Positions 54,210-64,000 of a stretch of 64,000 nt of DNA are shown one piece after another. Source of the DNA: Paramecium tetraurelia (lineage: Eukaryota); the NCBI GenBank assembly GCA_000165425.1, contig CT868074.1:434001-498000 (forward strand). Direction: 5' to 3'. Under the pieces are notes generated by a model. The model did no database searches and had not been told where the DNA came from. It saw nothing but the letters and a program-made list of their open reading frames with translations. The translations under genes and the position numbers were made by a program. Each line of letters begins with the position of its first letter. The first letter of the stretch is position 1.

Positions 54210-55862
54210 ATGCAAAATACTAGCCGGCCTTCCCCCCATTATACGAAATCTTCTCTAGTTAAGTATGAGCATTATGATTTAGACAATCTATTCACCAATA
54301 AGTATAACCGTAAAAGAGTTCATTTACACGATGGCTGCAAAGATTATTTTGCATCAGAGATAAAAATGAATAATAATATATGACAAATATGATGGAAGTA
54401 TCCAACTTTGATGAAAGTCAATAACCAACATTGAAGATCATTACAAAGTTTAGTTAATATGATGAATATTTTTCAATTTAAGATCCAATTAGAATAATAT
54501 AAGGAAGTGATGTACTTTGAATATTAATAAGTAGTCATAATATCCATTCGTAGTGAAATTTAATGAAAAGAAATTGCTCGACATTGATGACTTATATAAT
54601 CAATCACTTCCCCCATTGACTGGATAGGTGGTTCTATTAATCACACAAAATCCACCTTTAGAGCTAATTCACTTTATAGAAACTCAAGCATCTCAGTTCA
54701 TCATTTATTTATAAACTCCAAACCTTGAGATTCAAGAATACATTTCAAATTCTTCAACTACAAAATAGCATTCTAAGCCTGAAATAATTATTGGAAAGGT
54801 TATTGTATTAAATTAGTGTAGTTTTCTTTCAAAAAGAGTTTATCATTAATCGATCAATACATTTTTATGCCAGATTACTCCCACGAAGGTAAATAGCAAG
54901 TTGTGGAATGCATTTCCTTGTTATTAAGATTGATACCACACGAAATTGATAAATTCACATTTCTCATTAAATTGTAAGGCAACCCAATTTAAGATATTTT
55001 TTCAATGGGATCTAGAATGAATGAAGCATTTATATAGAGGTATGAGAGTTAATTTTGGATCAATAAGATTCTGAGATAATGTTAAAATAGAAATGGAATA
55101 GTATTAAAATAGAGAGATCAGAAAAAGACAGGTTTTGAAAAGTCACAATACATGATGTTGAGCAATAGTATTAATTCAAACAAGGGGTTCAATTTAACCG
55201 TTGAAAATACCGAGTTTATAATAAATTTAACAAAGTATCAACAAGGGAGTGGGATTATCCATGTATTTTAGTGTAAGATTTTTCAAAAGGGAGTGGAAGG
55301 CAGGACTAATAATCATTACGATTAAGCAAAATTATTCTGCTCTTTAATATTCTTAATTAAGGAGTTGAAGGGGTTTAGTCAATATGACTAGGAGGATTTT
55401 ATCAACTTAATGAAAATAACTTAGTAGTCTTCTTTCTTATCATGTTGCTTCTGCATTAATTTGATGAAACAAGAAGACTTGAAAGAATTAAGTTAGATTA
55501 AGATGCATTACAAGAGATACTTGGAAATTCTGATTTGTTGTGGAATCATAACAAATGAACAAGATAGTTACGTATTGTAATCCATTTTCAATAAATGTTT
55601 GAATTGTCCAATCTATGATGTTTCTATACCGAAAAGTGAACACTTGGGCTCTGGAGACAACTTCTCATAGCATATAATCTAGGCGGAGGAAGCAGGAGAA
55701 AAAATATATTCAGTGGATTACGATTATGCATTATCTTAGAAATCTTATCAAATAGTTCTTGGACTTTAGTAGGATTTGAATTATAGTGAATTGTAAATTG
55801 AACCACAAAAACGATTCCCTTATTAGGCTACAACATCTATATAAAATTCGTTCATTGAATGA
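54210..55862 (+). CDS. Hypothetical protein
   Basis: Long open frames in code 6 joined by short GT..AG introns; no recognised motif. Confidence 0.6.
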
Positions 55863-55964
55863 AAATTATATCTGTATATTTTATGGGATTTGCTATAAAC
55901 TCAATATATATTATGAGTATTATGGTTTAATTTTTAAATAAAAAAATAACAAAGATTTTAATTA

Positions 55965-56400
55965 ATGAAGGGTTAAGCTGATTAAAAGAAGGAAGCAACA
56001 AAAACAGTCAAGAAAGTTAAGACAACCAACAAAAGCGCACCAGTGAGGTAGAGTTGAAATACTAAATGTAGATTATGGGTGAAGGCTGCATTCACAGGTT
56101 TCAGAAGATCAAAGGTTTAATAAAATGAGAATTAAGCATTGCTCAAAATTCAACATGTGGAAGATGTTGCTTCAAGCAGATTCTATTGGGGAAAGAGAGT
56201 TGCATACATTTATAAGGCCCATTCACTTAAGAACAACACAAAATTCAGAGTATGAAATTGATTTAATTCAGACTATTTGGGGTCGTATTAGTAGATCACA
56301 TGGATCAAACGGAGTTGTGATTGCTCGTTTTGGCAGAAATCTCCCACCAAGAGCTATTGGATCAACCCTTAGAGTATTCCTCTATCCCAACAGAGCTTGA
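55965..56400 (+). CDS. RPL35A: 60S ribosomal protein L35a (eL33)
   Basis: RLWVKAAFTGFRRS, FYWGKRVAYIYK, IWGRISRSHGSNGVV..NLPPRAIG..LYP; two introns. Confidence 0.95.
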
Positions 56401-56579
56401 AAATACACACATACACAATACAAAATAATACATTAATCAATTTTAATTATTTCAATATATATATATATAAATTAAATAAGCCAAGAACCCAAAGGCTTCT
56501 AATTAATATTAAAAACATTCTGAATTTTTTACATTAATTTTAATCCTTATTAATAATCAAGAGTTTGAAATATAATATT

Positions 56580-58000
56580 ATGAATATTTTCTTATTATTT
56601 TTTTATGGGGCCATTCCACATGTGTAATCAAATGATACTCTAATAAATGTCTAAGCTATTTGGAGACATGGAGCAAGAGACTTCTATTATTGCAATTGGG
56701 GATGTGATAAAAATAATATTCCTGATGGTGATGCCTAAATTCTTACTCCTGCAGGCATGAGACAATAATATGTTTTGGGAAAATGGCTAAGATAAAGATA
56801 CATAATTGATACTCAACTTCTGTCTCCCTAGTTTAATGAGAATGAAATTTATATAGAAAGCACAGACTACAATAGGTACAAAATATATCAATTTGAGAAC
56901 CATTATGAGTGCATATAGCAACTTATAAGGAATGTATCCAGAAGGCTCTGAACTTCCAAATGTAACAGAAGATAAGTTGTTGCCTCCTAATTCTGGTAGT
57001 AAATCTCCTTCTATAGGAAATTATGCTCTACCCAATAAAATTTAACTCATACCAATTCATACAAAAGAAGAGGAATAAGACTATGCCTTATCAATTTATT
57101 GTTAAACTACAGGATCAACAGTCAAATAAAACAAATAAACCGAGCTATATCAGGCAATAAACTCTGCAAATTAAACTTAGGAATTATTCCAAAAGTTTAA
57201 TGCAGAATTAGGTCTTGTTGGAGAGTAATAAGTAAATGATATAATTGAATTGGCTAAATGGAGAGACACTTTTACATGCAATAGATATAATGGTGACTAG
57301 TTGCCTCCAAAATTAACAGCAAAAACATTGTTTTTTATGGACGAGATTGCATTACTATCCTTTAGTTTGAGATAGTTTTAAAATTGGGAACAATCGAAAT
57401 TGTATTCGACCCCATATCTAAAATAAGTTATCGAAAACTTTGATAATTTTATTAATGGGAAATCCAAAGTTAGATACAGAGGCTCTTCCTCTCATGATTC
57501 TACGATGCTAGGTATTATTTCCTGGTTTAAATTTGACAAGCGCTTAATGTTAAGCTGATATTTATTTAAAATAAGAATAATCAGACATCTTCTGTTTAAC
57601 TGAGGTATCTTAATTAATATTTTAGAATATAGAATTCTCATCTAATCTAATAATAGAGCTGTACAACAATACCATAAATGGATTATTTATTAGAATACTT
57701 TATAACGGGGAATATGTACCAGTGTGTTCTAAGTCAGGAACCTTTTGCTAATATGATAAATTTAAATCAATCCTCACTTAGCAATTTGTGGATTATGAAA
57801 AAGAATGCAATTTGAAGAAGGAGATTTAGAGACCAGTAAGAATACATAATAGAATTTATAAGGTCATTTACAAGATTCCTCTTTGGGTCATACTATTTTT
57901 TGTATTAGTGTTACTATGTACTTGCGGGATTTTTCTCTTGGTTTTCAAGGTAAAGCAAATGAAAGATCCAGATGTTTCGGAATCTACTATTTCCTAATGA
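56580..58000 (+). CDS. Histidine acid phosphatase, lysosomal-type with C-terminal TM helix
   Basis: Signal peptide, WRHGAR, LTPAGMRQQYVLGKWLR, ESTDYNRT, SSHDST, C-terminal hydrophobic helix. Confidence 0.88.
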
Positions 58001-58110
58001 TTGTCAAATATTTTATTTGTTATAACAATATTATAATAATTAACTTATTTAAACAAAGATAAGGTGAAGAGTTAAGTTGAAAATTATATACAACATACAT
58101 TTACTCTTAA

Positions 58111-58701
58111 TCATTTTTATTTTCTACTATTTTACTTTAGTCTTTTGTGCAATCTTGCTAGTTTTCCCAATCTTTTTGTTTTCTTCTTCTTGATGTTTTT
58201 TTTTAAATTATTTATTGGTTTTGATTTCTACTCAATCTCCTATATCTCATCTTTATCTATTTCATCAACTGGTTTTTTCTTCATTGCCTTTCGAATTTCT
58301 TCTATGATTTTTTCATGCTTTTACTAATTTGATTTCTTTGCAGTAAGGAGAGTTTAGATTTTCTTCCCTTATTAGTTTAATTCCTTCTCTTCCACATTTT
58401 TAATGTGAACTGCAGATTTAACTATCGGATTAACTACGACTTCTCCTATTTTCTTAAATAAAAATTCCTAATCAATTCTGGTGAATTGGATATTTTAATT
58501 GCCTTTTTAAAATTTATTTAAATTGTTTAATGCAAACTCATAGAAAGCCTTTTCTCTCTGGATATCATCGTTGTAATCTATGTTTTACACATTTCCATTG
58601 ACGACAATAAAGGGGTCTGTTTGTTAACTTTATAATAATTTGATCTTATTGTTAAATTTCTATTCAATGCCTTCTGGCACTGCCCCTTAATTTTTTATCA
58701 T
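58111..58701 (-). CDS. Divergent rRNA-processing protein EBP2-like
   Basis: NDDIQREKAFYEFAL and basic tail KRLGKLAR resemble EBP2; intronless, 196 aa. Confidence 0.6.
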
Positions 58702-58756
58702 TATTTAAAATATTATAAAACATATTTGATAAATGAACTAAAAGAACAAACAAACT

Positions 58757-59451
58757 TCATTTCTTAGTCTTCTTAACTGGCTTAACATCAGATTCATCAT
58801 CATCATCATCCTCATCTTCATCAAATTGGTCATCGTCATCTTCATCTCCATCTCCGTCTTTAGCTCCTAATTCGTCGTATTCATCACCTTCTTCTTCGTC
58901 ACTCTAAACAATAATTAGATATTAGTATTACGGAGAATTGAATTTCTTATCCTTCCTTGTCCTTGTTATCCAACACTGATAATGATGGGAGGAGCTCGAA
59001 AATTTTATTGAAGTATCCGGGAAGTTGTGTAATTGGGTTGTCAGCCAAATCCAACTGTTGTAATTACTTAAGTTATTTCAAGGGCTCCACTTCCTACGAA
59101 TTAATGGGGATATCTTACTTCAAATGTTTTAATATTATTATCTGCAAGACTTAAACATGCTAATTTCTTGAAATTTTTGCTGATGTAGGTTATAGCTGAC
59201 CCTTCTAATTGATTTGCCTCCAAAATTAGATTTTCCAAATTATTCAATTTTGGGAATCCCTCCAAGTTTTTGAGTTGGCATTCGACAAGACTCAAACTCA
59301 CTAGATTCTAATGTTATTGAATCAGATTTGCTGATTGAGAATCAAATTGACCAATTGCGATTCCCTCAATATCTAAATCTTCCAATTCTCCATTCTAAGC
59401 TTCTTATTGTGCAGTTATTTCTTTTTTAATTGATTCAAGAGTGGCAGCCAT
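58757..59451 (-). CDS. ANP32-like acidic leucine-rich repeat protein
   Basis: LKNLEGFPKLNNLENLILEAN, LSLADNNIK, LDLADNPI, LPSLSVLD, D/E-rich tail and basic end. Confidence 0.85.
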
Positions 59452-59934
59452 TTATTAAAATATTTATTAATAAAGTCATTTAATTCGCTTTGAAGTTAAA
59501 TAATTAGAATCTTTATAATCCGTATTTGTGGCTTATAATATTTGTTTATATTTTATTAAATATTGGAAACATATAAAGTCGAGTTTATTTTCTTATAAAA
59601 TTGGATCCCACAACCGATAACAACTACTAATGTTTTTACTCAATTCATGAATCCAAAATTATTTAGTTTCAATCATTGTTATTGATAATAAATAATTGTA
59701 TATTATTATTATTAAATCTAGTTTATAAATTCTATAATTTAGACAATACTTTTGAAAAGATTAAAATTTTAGATTCCAATTTAAATAAATCAATTTTAAT
59801 TCAATTAATTACATTCTCATTCAGAATTGACTTTATACATATATACATAATTCTTAATACTGAAAATCACATGCTCCTTCCCAAAACGAAGACATTAATG
59901 TATATATTATATATGAATTATTTAATTTAAGGAA

Positions 59935-61064
59935 TCACCCTTAATTGAAATCAAACCTCTCTCCATCATTATTACACTTTAAAATACTCGGACAATAAAC
60001 CCATATTTTCATCCACAACATCTGGTTCTAGTGTGTTCTTAAAAAATGGCTTAAATATAAAAATGCTATTACATGTCTCAGAGCCTCCTGGCAAGAAATT
60101 CTATTGACTGGATTCAATTACAATAATTTCTAATTAATTATTGCCAATCATATATACCTTCAACAAATCCAAACCATCCTAAGTAAGCTATGTGTTTTAG
60201 AATTATTAATCCAGCTTCCGTTCCAATTCTTCTTAAAATTAAGAATTCTATATATTACTCATTATATGTTACAGATAAAACTTATACATCATCCTACTTA
60301 GACGATATACTGTCACAGATCAACTTCATCTACTGAATCTCGCTATCTCCTGCAAAGAGAGGGGCATTAAGGACCATTTGAGCAAATATACACCCAATAG
60401 ACCAGACATCGATTGCTGTTGTATAACAAGAAGGCTTAAGTAATAACTCTGGTGGTCTGTACCACAGTGTTATCACTTCATAGGTGTAGGATCCAGGTAG
60501 TTACTGGAAGGATCTAGCCATTCCGAAATCACCAATTTTCACTTTGCCTTAGAAAGGAATTTCTACGATACAATACCATCCTTGCTAATCAATATGTTCT
60601 AAGGCTTCAAGTCTCTATGCATACACTTCTTTTTATGGCATTCATTCATCCCTTTTAAGATCCCGTGTAAGATTTCCTATTTATGATACCCTCACAAAAT
60701 TACCTAAATCTTTTACATATCCAATACATTTGATTTCAAATAGGTATCCAAGTCAACATCATAGAATTCCATCACCAATCTGATGCATTCCTAAACATAT
60801 TCAATTTCAATCAATCTTGTTTCAATTTAATTATTACTTCACAATATTTTCACATTAAACTGTTTATAATATTGATGTTTCTCTCAAGGCTACTTACGAT
60901 ATCCCCTAATCTTGTGACTAAATATAATTTATATTGACAACCTGCTTCTTTATCTTCTTTATAGCAACAATCTTCCCTGTCGAAGTATTTATGGCTTTAT
61001 AGACATCTCCATAAACGCCAGATCCAACCTTCCCTAACAATTAATATTTTGAGATCTGTGACAT
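59935..61064 (-). CDS. Cyclin-dependent-kinase-like Ser/Thr kinase (CMGC)
   Basis: GSGVYG, VAIKK, GISQVALRE (PSTAIRE position), [38 protein letters not shown]. Confidence 0.9.
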
Positions 61065-61521
61065 TATGAAAAATAAATATTTCAAAAAGCTTATTATTAT
61101 TTTTACAATTATTTTTCTTATTTTTATTCAAAAGTTAAAACAGGTTTATAAAATAGGTAATTGAACTCCCCTTCTCAAATATCATTAATAAACCAAAGTT
61201 CATCTAATAGTATATTAAACATTCTTAGATATCAAGAGTAGTATTGCTAATCCGATTACATATTAGATTTTGAGAATTGTAATTTTAGATTTGTAAGGAT
61301 AAATAATCAACGCAATCCAAAAAGCATAAAACCATAAAATCTGTCTGGTATTCATTTCAATTTAACTATTAAATAATAGCAATTGTATAAGTTTTATAAA
61401 CATAGATTTGATTTTGACTACGAAGTATTTCTCAAATAGAACTACCTTAGGAAAAAGCACAATTCACAAATATAAATTTTGTATTTAATAGTAAAACTCA
61501 TGCAAGATATAATAAAAACAA

Positions 61522-64000
61522 TCAGTCTAATTTTAATTTTTTTGATTCTTCTTTTAATTATTCCTGATTCTACAATTCCGCTGCTTTAATTTCTTTTTAC
61601 TAACTTTGTTAGGATTCAAACTTCTCCGACCATGCGCCTGTCATCGCCTTCACTAATTCTGGAGAGCGTAAAATATCTATCAATTCAAAATACAATAAAT
61701 TTTCTCTTAAATTATAAATATTTAATATACTTTCCATAATTTTCAAGCTATCTTGCTACAGATACAGCCTAACATATAGACAATAAGTCATCTGGCTAAA
61801 CCATTTATGTAAAATCTAACATAAATACTTGAGAGGAGAATGTGCTTCTGATGCATTTTGCAATGAGAAGAATTATGGTAGTGTAAATTGTGATAACACT
61901 TAATCCATTTGTTAAGACTGAGAATTTATCACAAACTACAAAATACAATAATCCATCAGCCAAAGTAATATTTGATTAATTTGACAATAAACTGCTATTT
62001 CCAGCATACTGAAATTCCCAATTAGACACTCCTTAAAGAGGATTTTTATTCCCATAAGAACAATTAATGTTAAGGAATACATTCTAGGCTGTTTGAAGAT
62101 TACTTTTATATAGTGGAGTAGTGTTGTAACTTGTTTGAGAACTTTGATATATCCTGAGGGCTTCAATGTAGAAATTAGGTAACAAGATTCCTGAGTTATC
62201 ACAACTCTTGGCAGCCTACTTGACATATTTCAATACATCCCTTCCCAAACCTACTGTGCCATTGACTCCATTTATCAAAGGATTGTAAGGATATGAAAAT
62301 TTATATAATGTGGGGAAGTTAAATTAGAATCTTCTACGAAATATAAAAGTTACATTAAACATGAAATTGTAGTTCTCCTCATAAGATAAGGTTTGATCCA
62401 ATTCTCTTATCAATTAATTATACAGTGGAAGTGAGACTTGCCATTTTTAATTCGAAAAGTCTGATAATTAAAATCTTTAGATTCCCCCTGCATTATCTAT
62501 TTATTATTTAGTTATATCCTGTTTGGTTAGAGCTTTAATTTCCGATCTATCTCTTATAATTGGCAAATCTAATCCAAATAATTGACTGGATTGATAGAGC
62601 TCAACGTTTAAGTTAGTGTCAACATTTACTAAATTAATAGTGAAGGTTCCACTTACAATTGGATTGTCTTAAGCAGCAGGATTAAGTGCAGAGAACAAAA
62701 TTAGGGGACCAAAAATGCAAATTAAGATAAAAATAACAAAGAAAAAGAAAATGATTTTGCTTATCTTTGATATTTCTAATCCTAATTGTCTTTTCATTAT
62801 CTTTTAGGAATTTATTTTTGTAAAATACAATTACCTATGGATATCCTCGAGAGTAAACCATTAATAAATATCAAGTGATGTGTATAAGCAAGTCCAATCC
62901 ATCAATACCTTTAAATCATATAAAAATGGAATTGAATAGAACGTTAGTGCAAAGTAATAGCTCAGTGAATTGTACATATACAAAAATTGGTTTCTTATTT
63001 TCAATTCTCGATACCCATATCTAAGTTAAAGGGCAGATAAGTAAAAATAAGCACAAAACAATAGAAAATATATTACAATAGAGGTATCATATTCTTTATA
63101 ATTATCTATGTTTCTGTTCCAAAGCTACAACAAATAACAATAGACAAAACAGAATACCAATGTTAGAATCACTACTTGTAATACATACTCTTAAACAAAC
63201 TAAGTTTTGTATTTGTTCTTATACACTGCTTTTTCTTGATTCTTAATATATTTTTGATCTCCTCTCAATTCTATATATCTCTCAACCATCATAAACAACA
63301 TTTAAAACACCAATGCTAATACTAATTGAGCAGGCACTTAATTATATTTTAAGTAACCTTAAATATTCTGTGATTCTCCAGTCATGAAATTGAAAAAGAA
63401 CAACATATACAAAAATAAGATTACTTAAATGGAAGCGATAGATAAATAAAGATCTATTCCTGGTCTTGCATATTCATAAGACATTATCTTCTCAAAAAAT
63501 CCTGGTTTATATTTATCACCTAAGATTTCAGGATTAGCTGCAATCTTCCTTTCTAAATCATTGCCTATTTTCAACATCACACTCTCAGGCTCCTTCTCCA
63601 ACCCTGAATTTTCCAATTACAATTTTCCTTATAATTAATTCTCCAACTCTATTCTCTCTATTTCCGGATTGTCAACTCTACCTATTTCTGACTTAGATCT
63701 CGATCTCTGTATCTCTGATTCTTACACTATCTCTTCCACCATATCCTTATTAAAATTGTTTAATTTCAATCTGATATACCCTTGAAAGATATTTTCTATC
63801 TAGGTGAAAGGGTAATCGAAAATGCCAAATGACTTCTGCAAGAATACTTAGAATGTAATCAACCAAACTGCAAATATTTCATAGAACAATCCCAAAGTGT
63901 TACTATTATCTAATACGTAATACCATGGAATATACTATATAGGTTCAGTTGGCTTACTGTATGATACTCCATACATTGAGTCTACAAATATCATTACAAT
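61522..64000 (-). CDS. Piezo mechanosensitive channel, 3' part (runs off window)
   Basis: PFLYDLKVLMDWTC..TSLDIYQWFTLEDI, GPLILFSALNP and ELIDILRSPELVKAMT match the Piezo C-terminal pore module. Confidence 0.85.

Noticed and set aside
1..64000. Very short ORFs and abundant in-frame TAA/TAG suggesting widespread pseudogenes
   Set aside because: Explained by the ciliate nuclear code (TAA/TAG = Gln) plus 20-31 nt introns; genes are intact when read that way.
1..64000. Retained IESs, transposons, telomeric repeats, tRNA/rRNA or CRISPR arrays
   Set aside because: No TA-bounded interruptions were needed to model the genes I translated, and I saw no terminal repeats, G4T2/G3T3 tracts, cloverleafs or spacer arrays. 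Small ncRNAs in AT-rich gaps cannot be excluded without a covariance search.

Overview
AT-rich, gene-dense eukaryotic DNA that reads as a Paramecium macronuclear segment. TAA/TAG encode Gln, TGA is the only stop, genes are split by 20-31 nt GT..AG introns, and four trichocyst matrix protein (TMP) genes are present. The supplied ORF track uses the standard code and fragments almost every gene, so I retranslated by hand with code 6 and support about 35 genes. These include ABCB, VAP-like, cNMP-binding, MFS, GTPBP1/2, SMYD, clathrin light chain, MutS, eS19, SPRY, PFKFB, Kelch, SHIPPO, PAS-TM, eL33, acid phosphatase, EBP2, ANP32, a CDK and the 3' part of Piezo. Most interesting: (1) a rare CpG-containing 9-mer TYCGTTTTT lies just upstream of all four TMP genes and of a secreted H-type-lectin/beta-gamma-crystallin gene, suggesting a trichocyst regulon element and a lectin cargo; (2) a tubulin lacking its GTP-binding loops; (3) a Ubl-VWA-E2 fusion; (4) an HMG-like + chromoshadow-like protein; (5) a non-secreted D-Ala-D-Ala carboxypeptidase homologue with intact motifs; (6) insertion-only frameshifts confined to three TMP genes, most likely assembly errors. 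Domain calls come from motif recognition by eye; no searches were run.
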